From the NCBI GenBank assembly GCA_028278545.1, contig JANQED010000128.1, positions 11,561 to 75,560 of the forward strand: a DNA stretch of 64,000 nt, in the 5' to 3' direction. Below, in pieces: positions 40,451 to 48,771 of this stretch. Each line of letters starts with the position of its first letter. Position 1 is the stretch's first letter. Made by a program: the position numbers and the translations under genes. The DNA comes from Anaerolineales bacterium. Its GTDB lineage: Bacteria; Chloroflexota; Anaerolineae; Anaerolineales; UBA11858. The notes below the pieces were generated by a model, which saw only the letters and a program-made list of their open reading frames with translations, ran no database searches and was not told where the DNA came from.

Positions 40451-41212
40451 ATGGCAAACACCACCATCGAACTGATGCACGAGCACGGTTCTGTACGATC
40501 CTACAAATCTGATCCGGTGCCACGGGAGATGATTGAAACCATCGTTGCCGCGGGACAGCGCGCTTCGACATCATTCAATTTCCAGATGTACAGCGTCATT
40601 GCCACTATGGACGATGAGAAACGCACACAATTCATGGCGTTGTGTGGAGGGCAGAAGCATATCGGACAGGCGCCAGTTTTTTTGACATGGTGTGCAGACC
40701 TCAGCCGCTTAGCGCGTGTTAGCGACGTGCAAGGTTATACCCATGAAGCTGGGTATATGGAAAATCTGCTGCTTGCGGTTGTGGATGTTTCCCTGATAAT
40801 GCAAAATGCCGCATTATCTGCTGAATCCCTCGGGCTGGGCTTCTGCTATATCGGGGCCATCCGTAATAGCCCACAAGAAGTGATTGATTTATTGGCCTTG
40901 CCTGAGCTGGTCTTTCCAATATGTGGCATGACCTTGGGCTGGCCTGAAAACCCGCCGCGCATCCGCCCGCGATTGCCTCTTGAGGCGGTGCTCCATTGGG
41001 AGGCGTATGATATCAACGATAGAGAATCCCTTGAGGCTTACGATCGTGAGATGATCGCGACAGGCATTTACAGAGGACGCCAGGTATCCGCCGGTAAGGA
41101 TAAGCCTGAAACCCGCTATGGGTGGATGGAACACTCTGCTCGCCGCGCCTCCAAGGTTCTCCGTCCGCACCTTCGGGAAGCATTACTAAATGCGGGTTTT
41201 GAGATGAAGTAA
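40451..41212 (+). CDS. NADPH-dependent nitroreductase/flavin reductase (NfsA/NfrA family)
   Basis: HGSVRSY, ASTSFNFQ, GQKHI, AESLGLGFCYIGAIRN, RPRLP. Confidence 0.9.
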   Translation: MANTTIELMHEHGSVRSYKSDPVPREMIETIVAAGQRASTSFNFQMYSVIATMDDEKRTQFMALCGGQKHIGQAPVFLTWCADLSRLARVSDVQGYTHEAGYMENLLLAVVDVSLIMQNAALSAESLGLGFCYIGAIRNSPQEVIDLLALPELVFPICGMTLGWPENPPRIRPRLPLEAVLHWEAYDINDRESLEAYDREMIATGIYRGRQVSAGKDKPETRYGWMEHSARRASKVLRPHLREALLNAGFEMK

Positions 41213-41223
41213 ACCAGGTTTCG

Positions 41224-41382
41224 ATGAATCTACGCCACATTGAAGAAGCAGCATTGAACGCCTGGCTGGCAATGAAACAGATCCTCTTCGATGGCTGGGT
41301 ATTACGGTTTTCTGGGGGACACAACAAACTCGGCTCTCGTGATTCTTACCGCTATTGGTATCGCGCCCCGGAGTCCATGTGA
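41224..41382 (+). pseudogene. Truncated GNAT-family acetyltransferase N-terminal fragment
   Basis: Manual translation MNLRHIEEAALNAWLAMKQILFDGWVLRFSGGHNK... recalls the E..ALNAWP...DGWLLRF..G.T.RANS start of a GNAT family; it stops after 52 codons. Confidence 0.6.
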
Positions 41383-42602
41383 CGAGCCCTTCTTGGCAGC
41401 GTACACTATGGATTCTTTTCTTTGCCCAGTTGATGACCGCCGTGGGCTTTTCGAGTATTTTCCCTTTTCTCCCCCTTTATGTAAAATCCCTCGGCTCTTC
41501 CACGGGTATGAGCGTTGAATTGCTTTCGGGGTTGGTGTTCTCTGGCCAGGCGTTCACCATGATGATTGCTTCCCCGGTCTGGGGCGTGTTAGCCGACCGT
41601 TACGGCCGTAAGTTGATGGTAGAGCGGGCATTGTTCGGCGGTGCTTTGCTGCTTCTTTTGATGGCCTTTGTCCGCACTGCGGAGGAATTGGTCATCGTCA
41701 GGGCCGTTCAGGGTCTGATCACCGGGTCGGTGGCCGCGGCCAGTGCCCTGATCGCCGCGCAAGCGCCGCGCCGGCGAATGGGCTATGCTATGGGAGTACT
41801 GCAAGTAGGTTTGGGCGCAGGCATTGCCATCGGCCCATTGATCGGTGGGGCGATCGCCGATGTGTATGGCTACAGCACTTCATTCTATGTGCCCGCCGTG
41901 CTTCTTTTTGTGGCCGGTCTATTGGTATTGGTTGGAGTTCAAGAGCAGTTCATTCGCCCGACAAACGAAGCTAGCGGATATCGCAGTTTGTTGGGCCAAT
42001 GGCGTACCCTTCTTCTAACCCGGGGCATCCTGATGACTCTCTCAATGCGCTTCATGACCAGTTTAGGTCGTATGACCCTTGTGCCGCTGGTTCCATTTTT
42101 TGTCGAAGAACTGATGAGCAATGCCGAGGCCTTGAACACCTTCACCGGTTTGGTGATCGGCATAACCTCCGCGACCACAACATTGAGTTCCATTTTCTTG
42201 GGCAGGCTTGGGGATCGTATTGGGCACCGGTTGGTGTTGATCGTCAGTATGCTGTCAGCGGCTGGTTTGTACGCGGTGCAGAGTTTGATCACAGCGGGAT
42301 GGCAGTTGTTATTATTTCAGGCGCTGGTTGGGATAGCTGTTGGAGGCATAATCCCCATGATCAGTGCCCTGTTAGCCCATTTCATCCAAAATAGCGAAGT
42401 GGGTGCGGTCTATGGATTGGATAATTCTATCAACGCCGCCGGTCGTGCGGTGGCCCCGATGGTCGGAGCTCTGGTCGCCAATCGCTATGGGGTAAGGTCC
42501 ACGTTCATCGCCACAGGTCTTATCTTTTTGGTGGCCTGGTTCTTGGCGATCTGGCGGCTGCCTGAGACTGAGCGCGAGTCTCCGATGGAACAGAATGTCT
42601 GA
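41379..42602 (+). CDS. MFS transporter (MdtG/DHA1-like efflux)
   Basis: PFLPLYV, SPVWGVLADRYGRK, GPLIGG, GRLGDRIG; about 12 TM. Confidence 0.9.
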   Translation: MTSPSWQRTLWILFFAQLMTAVGFSSIFPFLPLYVKSLGSSTGMSVELLSGLVFSGQAFTMMIASPVWGVLADRYGRKLMVERALFGGALLLLLMAFVRTAEELVIVRAVQGLITGSVAAASALIAAQAPRRRMGYAMGVLQVGLGAGIAIGPLIGGAIADVYGYSTSFYVPAVLLFVAGLLVLVGVQEQFIRPTNEASGYRSLLGQWRTLLLTRGILMTLSMRFMTSLGRMTLVPLVPFFVEELMSNAEALNTFTGLVIGITSATTTLSSIFLGRLGDRIGHRLVLIVSMLSAAGLYAVQSLITAGWQLLLFQALVGIAVGGIIPMISALLAHFIQNSEVGAVYGLDNSINAAGRAVAPMVGALVANRYGVRSTFIATGLIFLVAWFLAIWRLPETERESPMEQNV

Positions 42603-42682
42603 TGCTATAATCCTACATGCGCAGCTCATGCTCAAATCATCCTTTCCAGTCTGGTTGAGACCCTAATAAAAGGAGAACGTCC

Positions 42683-43330
42683 ATGGCAAAACATCTGGTT
42701 CTGGTCGCCGGGAACATCGGCGCTGGAAAAACATCGCTGACGGAACGATTGGGAGACCGCTTGGGTTGGCGCACGGCATTTGAGTCTGTCGCTGATAACC
42801 CCTATCTATCTGATTTCTATGACGATATGGGAAAATGGTCCTTCCACTTACAGGTTTTCTTCCTCGGTCACCGGGCAGACCAGCACATTGATCTGGCTCA
42901 TGACCCCCAATCAACCATCGCGGACCGCAGCATCTACGAAGATGCGTATATCTTCGCCCGGGCCTTGCATCACCTGGGCAACCTCTCTGAGCGGGACTAT
43001 CTGGCGTATCGCCGCCTCTTCGAAATCGTCACCGATAGCCTGCCTTCTCCTGATCTGTTGATCCACCTCAAAGCCCCGGTATCGGTGTTGATGGAGCGCA
43101 TTGGGCGTCGCGGCCGCAAGATGGAAAGCGGTATTACCGATGAATATCTCAGCCTGTTAGAGTCCTTTTATGATGACTGGATCGATACGTTTGACATCTG
43201 CCCTGTTTTGACCATCCGCTCCGATGATCTGGATTTTGTCCACAAGAAGGGACACCTTGATGTTGTCGTGCAGCGCATTCAGGATAAGTTAGCTGGCAAG
43301 GAGGTAATTGTCTTCCCCGAGAATGGCTGA
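42683..43330 (+). CDS. Deoxynucleoside kinase
   Basis: AGNIGAGKTS, NPYL..FY, DRSIYED, RIGRRGR. Confidence 0.93.
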   Translation: MAKHLVLVAGNIGAGKTSLTERLGDRLGWRTAFESVADNPYLSDFYDDMGKWSFHLQVFFLGHRADQHIDLAHDPQSTIADRSIYEDAYIFARALHHLGNLSERDYLAYRRLFEIVTDSLPSPDLLIHLKAPVSVLMERIGRRGRKMESGITDEYLSLLESFYDDWIDTFDICPVLTIRSDDLDFVHKKGHLDVVVQRIQDKLAGKEVIVFPENG

Positions 43331-43357
43331 TTTTGCCGGTATTTGGCGTGTTTCTAC

Positions 43358-43398
43358 GACCTCCCGGTGGATCAATTCCCCGGGAGGTCTCTTTTTTT
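43358..43398 (+). terminator. Intrinsic terminator
   Basis: GACCTCCCGG...CCGGGAGGTC followed by TCTTTTTTT. Confidence 0.85.
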
Positions 43399-43483
43399 AC
43401 CGGGATTTTACAAAGTGTTAGAGTTGTGTTGATCTCCGCCAGTTATCTTTAATGTCGTAGAAGATGATTTACGGAGGTTCAAA

Positions 43484-44569
43484 ATGACTAAAAGACTATC
43501 CATCCCCTTATTGATCGCCATCTTATCTGCAATGCTGATGAGCAGCATGGCCCTGGCAGCCGAGGATACGCCTCAAGGCCGCGGGCAGAGCATGTATGGT
43601 GAGATCGTCGCTGTCGCTGTTGACGGTTTTACCGTACAGAATCAGGCTGGTGAGCAGGTTACTTATCTCATTGATGAGAAAACCAGCTACAGGTCTTCAG
43701 AGATCGAGGAGCCGGGTCTCTCGGATTTGCAGGTTGGCGGCAAAGTGGCTGTTTTTGCACCAGGAAGGCCCCCAGAGAGTCCGACAGCTCGCCTGGTGAT
43801 CTTGCTGCCCGATGATTTCGACCCCAGCCAATGGGCGGGCGTTCGGGCACGCGGTGAAATCGTCGCGGTTGACCTGGATGCGGGCAGCTTCGTCCTGCAA
43901 ACCAATTCCGGCGAGGAACGGCCCTTTTTGGTTGACGACACAACCCGATACTTCGGTCAGTTATCAGGCTTGCGTGATTTGCAGAGTGGTTGGGAAGCTG
44001 GTGTCGGTGGCGTGGAGACCGATGATGGCGACCTGTTAGCTAAATTCGTCATTGGTGTCGATATTCAGAACGCCAAAATCCACGCTGGTACGATCACCGG
44101 GGTGATCCCTAGCGCGGGAACATTCACCCTGCAAACTCGCCAGGGTGAAGAATGGACCGTCGCTGTAGATGAAAACACCCGTTACAACAGCAGGGCTGGC
44201 GAAATTGCCGGCCTTGATGATCTGGTTCCAGATATGGTGGCGATGGTCTATGGTTCCCCTCAAGATGAGGGTGTTTTCCTGGCAAAACGCGTCATTGCTG
44301 TAGATGTCGAAGACCTGCCCAACTACGATGTAAAGGCCTTTGGTCAAATTACCGCTGTTAGCGAAGATTCGTTCACCATCCAACCCCGTAACGGTGATGA
44401 AAGGACCTTCTTGGTTGACGAAGAAACCAGCTTTCGCGCCCGCGAGGGCGAAGTGAATGGTTTAGATGATCTGGAAGACGGCATGTTTGCCCTTGTGGGT
44501 GCGTACGAAACGGAAGATGGGCAGTTGCTCGCTAAACTGATCTTCGTGAGAGCGCCTCAGACCCCCTAA
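43484..44569 (+). CDS. Secreted protein with four DUF5666-like repeats
   Basis: Signal peptide ending ALA; four ~80-aa repeats GxIxAV...F.....G.E....VDE.T.Y....L.DL..G..v.V.....A. Confidence 0.7.
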   Translation: MTKRLSIPLLIAILSAMLMSSMALAAEDTPQGRGQSMYGEIVAVAVDGFTVQNQAGEQVTYLIDEKTSYRSSEIEEPGLSDLQVGGKVAVFAPGRPPESPTARLVILLPDDFDPSQWAGVRARGEIVAVDLDAGSFVLQTNSGEERPFLVDDTTRYFGQLSGLRDLQSGWEAGVGGVETDDGDLLAKFVIGVDIQNAKIHAGTITGVIPSAGTFTLQTRQGEEWTVAVDENTRYNSRAGEIAGLDDLVPDMVAMVYGSPQDEGVFLAKRVIAVDVEDLPNYDVKAFGQITAVSEDSFTIQPRNGDERTFLVDEETSFRAREGEVNGLDDLEDGMFALVGAYETEDGQLLAKLIFVRAPQTP

Positions 44570-44683
44570 GTGCATTGTTAGGTTTTAAGAAGTTCAACTT
44601 CTTGCTAATTTTCTGGAGATATAGTGCAGATCAAAGAAGTTGAACTTCTAGATGGGTGTGTAGTGTTAGCTTTGCAGGGCACT
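44569..44683. mobile_element. MITE/REPIN-like element, copy 1
   Basis: Similar to 54920-55036 at both ends; internal AGAAGTTCAACTTCT / AGAAGTTGAACTTCT pair; AGTG...CACT termini. Confidence 0.6.
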
Positions 44684-44693
44684 CAGGCTGCGA

Positions 44694-45692
44694 TTACATA
44701 ACAAATTGCTTTAGGATCGTATCGACGATCAAGCCCAATAAGAACCAGCTTCCAAAGCGCTTGTTATGGTGAAATGCTGCTGCGACGAAGTAATTGGGCC
44801 ACACGTCTGGGTAATCATCGGGTTTCTCTGCCGGCTTGGGGGCCTGGAACATGGGCCAAATCTCCAAAAATACTTTCACATTTAGAGCCACGATCAACAT
44901 AAACGGTGTGAAAAAGCCTGTTGCAATCAGATAGAAGGTGAAAAGATACTGGAAGATCAGCATTCCCATGACAGTGAAACGAGATATTTTCTCGCCAAGG
45001 ACGACAGGCAGTGTGCGGATATTCTTGTCCCTGTCTACCTGGTACTTGTCGATGTGTTTGCCGAAGATCACCCCGGTAACTCCTAAGGCGTAGGGTAAAC
45101 TGGCGATCACCACGTTCCAGTCCCACCCACCTGCGATCACATAGTAGCCGCCACCGATCATCAACGGCCCCCATACGATAAGGACGGCGATTTCCCCCAG
45201 GGCGATATATTTCAGCGGCCAGGTGTAAAATAATACGAAGAAAGCCCCTAATCCCATGAACCACAGCGTCGACTCGCCGCGCAGGAAGATCAAAGCCACC
45301 CCGCAGGCCGCGGCCAACAACCCAGTTACCGCGGCATAGGTCAGCAGCCCTCTTTTGTCCAACAGCCCATGAACCAAGGGTTGCAGCCCGTATTGGGAGC
45401 GGTAATAGTTGTCTTGATCGACACCACGGGTGAAATCGGTGTAGTCATTGAGCAGGTTGTTGGTGGCATGGGCCAGGATCAGCCCAAGGGTAACCAGAAC
45501 CCACAACCCCAGATCGAAATTTCCCGCTCGATAAGCAAACATCCCCGCCAGCGCAGCCGAGAGGAAGGTCATGACTAACACGGCTGCACGAGTGGCGATC
45601 AACCACTTCGAAACGATATCGAGTTCCTCCCACTCCGCTTTACTAATGCGGGGGATGACGCGCAAGGCGTTTCGCCACATCGCAATATTCAT
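44694..45692 (-). CDS. menA: UbiA-family prenyltransferase (MenA-like)
   Basis: ATR, NNLLNDYTDFTRGVD, YTWPLKYIALGE, D...D....RTLPV.LG. Confidence 0.75.
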   Translation of the reverse strand: MNIAMWRNALRVIPRISKAEWEELDIVSKWLIATRAAVLVMTFLSAALAGMFAYRAGNFDLGLWVLVTLGLILAHATNNLLNDYTDFTRGVDQDNYYRSQYGLQPLVHGLLDKRGLLTYAAVTGLLAAACGVALIFLRGESTLWFMGLGAFFVLFYTWPLKYIALGEIAVLIVWGPLMIGGGYYVIAGGWDWNVVIASLPYALGVTGVIFGKHIDKYQVDRDKNIRTLPVVLGEKISRFTVMGMLIFQYLFTFYLIATGFFTPFMLIVALNVKVFLEIWPMFQAPKPAEKPDDYPDVWPNYFVAAAFHHNKRFGSWFLLGLIVDTILKQFVM

Positions 45693-45788
45693 AACGCACT
45701 CCTGAATTAATTAGATAAAATGCGTCGGAATTATACTATGGTCTTTGATTAATGAAAGAATGGGTAGTAGAGCAACTCAGGCCAATTC

Positions 45789-46997
45789 TCAGCCTAGAGT
45801 GTCGATCACCTCGTGCAATATCTGGCTGACGATTTCAACCTGTTCTTCCGTCATCACGCCTGAAAAAGGAATCGCGAGTCCGCGGCGGCCTAAATCTTCC
45901 GTGATGGGGAAGTCGCCCTCTTTATACCCAAAGCGTTCGACCATATATGGCTGCAAGTGAATGGGGATGAAATAGGGCCGGCTGGGGATGCCGCGTTCTT
46001 TAAGCCCCTCGGCGACTCGAAAGCGGTCGATTCCGGGAGCGAGCCGAATCACATAGACGAACCAGCTCATGCGCGTTGTGTCAGGAATAACTTTCGGTGT
46101 TTCAACACCGGGTATCTCATCCAGCCGCTCTTGGTACCAATTGGCGACTTGTTCCCGTTTGGTGAGGAGTTCATCGAGGCGGCTCATCTGCACGCGCCCA
46201 AGAGCAGCGCTCATCTCGTCAATGCGATAGTTGTAGCCCAAATAAGTGTGTTGCAGCCAGGTATCGCCGGGGGAGCGCCCCTGATTTCGCAGTGCGCACA
46301 TGATATCAGCGGCCTCATCATCGTCGGTGACGATAATTGCCCCTTCTCCGGTGGTGATCTGCTTGTTGGGGTAGAAGGCAAATACGCCATAATCGCCCAG
46401 GGTCCCCGCGGGACGTTTCTTGTACTCAGCACCGATTGCTTCGCAAGAATCCTCGATGACCGTGAGATCGAACTCTCGAGCAGTTTCGAGGATAGGGTCC
46501 ATATCCGCCGGTTGCCCAAAGACATCTACAGGAAGGATTGCTTTCAGTTGCGCCTCTGGGGATGCTCCTTTCCGGGGAAGCCATTTTCGGTTTGCCAAAT
46601 CCCCAGCGGTCAAGTCCTTCGCCGCTTGGTGAACCTGCTGGGGATCGATATTGCCTGTCAGAGGGTCTATATCTACAAATATAGGCACAGCACGCTCAAA
46701 CAGCAGCACATTCGCCGATGCAACAAATGAGAACGGCGTGGTGATCACCAGGTCACCGTCTTTGATATCTGCGGCATGAACACACAAATGCAGACCGGCG
46801 GTTCCTGAGCTGACTGCAATGGCATGTCGGCTACCGATATGATTTCGAACGGCGTCTTCGAAGCCTAGTGTCTCTCCCCCCATGCTCAGGCGCGTGGTTT
46901 CCAAGACGGCTTGAACGGCCTCTTGCTCGGTTTCTGTCAGGTCAGGGGCTGACATTGGCACAAGGGGGAAGGCGTTGGAGGGGTTTGTTTTCTTCAA
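45789..46997 (-). CDS. DegT/DnrJ/EryC1/StrS sugar aminotransferase
   Basis: AVSSGTAGLHL, TPFSFVAS, IEDSCEAIG, PLP lysine in FYPNKQITTGEG, GYNYR. Confidence 0.95.
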   Translation of the reverse strand: MKKTNPSNAFPLVPMSAPDLTETEQEAVQAVLETTRLSMGGETLGFEDAVRNHIGSRHAIAVSSGTAGLHLCVHAADIKDGDLVITTPFSFVASANVLLFERAVPIFVDIDPLTGNIDPQQVHQAAKDLTAGDLANRKWLPRKGASPEAQLKAILPVDVFGQPADMDPILETAREFDLTVIEDSCEAIGAEYKKRPAGTLGDYGVFAFYPNKQITTGEGAIIVTDDDEAADIMCALRNQGRSPGDTWLQHTYLGYNYRIDEMSAALGRVQMSRLDELLTKREQVANWYQERLDEIPGVETPKVIPDTTRMSWFVYVIRLAPGIDRFRVAEGLKERGIPSRPYFIPIHLQPYMVERFGYKEGDFPITEDLGRRGLAIPFSGVMTEEQVEIVSQILHEVIDTLG

Positions 46998-47132
46998 ATG
47001 GGAACCTTCTCTACACGTATGAAATCATAGCGCGTCGTGATTGACGGCGGCTGGAGGTTGAAAGGGGAGTTGCGGTCAACCAATTACGGCAGGAATCATA
47101 CCATAACAACCCATATGATAGAATCTCTCAGT

Positions 47133-47747
47133 ATGTTTCTCCCAGCGGATGTTCCCTTGTCGAAGCGCATCTTCGATTTATCCTTGACCATACCGGGTTT
47201 GATCCTCATTTCACCACTTTTAGCGGTCGTGGCTATTCTACTGCGACTCTTCCATGGTAAACCTGTCTTATTTAGCCAGGTGAGGCCTGGCTATCGAGGT
47301 GAGTTGTTCGCAGTATATAAGTTTCGCACCATGACCGACCGCCGCGATGATGCTGGAAATCTGCTCCCAGACGAGCAGCGCTTGACCAGGTTGGGGCGTT
47401 TTTTGCGGGGTACCAGTCTGGATGAGTTGCCGGAGTTATTCAATGTGTTGCGCGGTGAGATGAGCCTGGTAGGGCCGCGCCCTTTGTTGGTGCAATACCT
47501 GGAGCGTTACTCTCCTGAGCAAGCACGCCGCCACGATGTACTTCCAGGGATCACAGGTTGGGCGCAAATCAATGGCCGCAATGTGCTTTCTTGGGAAGAT
47601 AAGTTCCGCCTAGATGTCTGGTATGTTGATCACTGGTCTTTATGGTTGGATATCAAAATTCTGGCATTGACCTTCTGGAAAGTGATCAAGCGCGAGGGGA
47701 TCAGCCAGCCCGGTCATGCAACGGCGGAAGAATTTATGGGAAATTAG
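47133..47747 (+). CDS. Bacterial sugar transferase (PglC-like monotopic phosphoglycosyl transferase)
   Basis: KRIFD, KFRTM, SLDELPEL.NVL.GEMSLVGPRP, PGITGWAQING. Start placed at ATG 47133 (47115 is an alternative). Confidence 0.93.
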   Translation: MFLPADVPLSKRIFDLSLTIPGLILISPLLAVVAILLRLFHGKPVLFSQVRPGYRGELFAVYKFRTMTDRRDDAGNLLPDEQRLTRLGRFLRGTSLDELPELFNVLRGEMSLVGPRPLLVQYLERYSPEQARRHDVLPGITGWAQINGRNVLSWEDKFRLDVWYVDHWSLWLDIKILALTFWKVIKREGISQPGHATAEEFMGN

Positions 47748-47829
47748 GTAAAAGCGAAAGGCAGAAGGTGGGAGACTAATTGCCGTCGGCTAGACACTGA
47801 TCCCTATCAACCTGCCGCTAAAGACAAAC

Positions 47830-48726
47830 ATGAATTATATCGGTGAGATCGCTGCTCTGGCCACATCGTTGGCCTTTTCTTTTGGTTCGACTTTTCTGAC
47901 CCTTGGCGGACGCCGCGTTGGCTCGATGGTGCTCAATCGCACGCGCTTGCTGCTGGCGATCCTGTTCCTCGGCGTGACTCATTGGGCCACGTTGGGCATC
48001 CCCCTGCCGTTCCAGGCTGAACCCCGTCGCTGGCTGTGGCTGGGTCTATCCGGCATCGTCGGTTTGGTGCTGGGGGATATCTTTCTTCTCCAGGCTTTCG
48101 TGTGGATTGGGCCGCGCCTTTCGATGTTGATGATGAGTTTGGCTCCAATCTTCGCCGCCTTCCTGGCCTGGATATTTCTCGGTGAGCGCATGGTGTGGGG
48201 GCAGATTGTTGGTGTCGTCTTCACCGTGACGGGGGTGGCATGGGTAGTGCTAGAGCGCAACGGCAACAAGAAAGTTGCTAACCCCCATTTCGCCCGCGGC
48301 ATCCTCTATGGGCTGGGTGGTGCGATTGGTCAGGCAGCCGGGCTGGTGCTGGCGAAGAACGGCCTGGGCGGCGACTTCTCGCCCATCTCAGCCAACCTCA
48401 TCCGCATGATCACGGCGGCATTGGTCTTGTGGGTGATTACCTTGATCCAGCATCAGGTCAAAGCGACTGTGTTGACTTTGCATCGTAATCGCCGTGGGAT
48501 GCTGCATATTCTGTTGGGCTCGTTTTTTGGGCCTTTCCTGGGTGTCTCGCTTTCGATGTTGGCGATTCAACATGCCGAGATGGGCGTAGCCAGCACGCTG
48601 ATGGCCTTGCCTCCGGTCTTTTTGCTTCCTATAAGCTATGTTGTCTTCAAGGAGCGCTACGGCTGGGGAGCCATCCTGGGCACTTTTGTCGCTACCGCGG
48701 GTGTTGCGGTGCTGTTTCTGGTATGA
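47830..48726 (+). CDS. DMT/EamA family transporter
   Basis: About 10 TM in two repeats; LSGIVGLVLGD, LAPIFAAFLAWIFLGE. Confidence 0.9.
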   Translation: MNYIGEIAALATSLAFSFGSTFLTLGGRRVGSMVLNRTRLLLAILFLGVTHWATLGIPLPFQAEPRRWLWLGLSGIVGLVLGDIFLLQAFVWIGPRLSMLMMSLAPIFAAFLAWIFLGERMVWGQIVGVVFTVTGVAWVVLERNGNKKVANPHFARGILYGLGGAIGQAAGLVLAKNGLGGDFSPISANLIRMITAALVLWVITLIQHQVKATVLTLHRNRRGMLHILLGSFFGPFLGVSLSMLAIQHAEMGVASTLMALPPVFLLPISYVVFKERYGWGAILGTFVATAGVAVLFLV

Positions 48727-48771
48727 ACTGTGTTGGGGATCGTGGATTTCATACAGTATAATTCTCCCGCA

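Noticed and set aside
44587-44649. Repeat-spacer-repeat pattern as a mini CRISPR
   Set aside because: Only two 15-17 bp units, related as inverted palindromes; no cas genes.
45957-46730. 257-aa plus-strand ORF
   Set aside because: Antisense to the DegT aminotransferase; typical shadow ORF, as are most other short track ORFs overlapping called genes.
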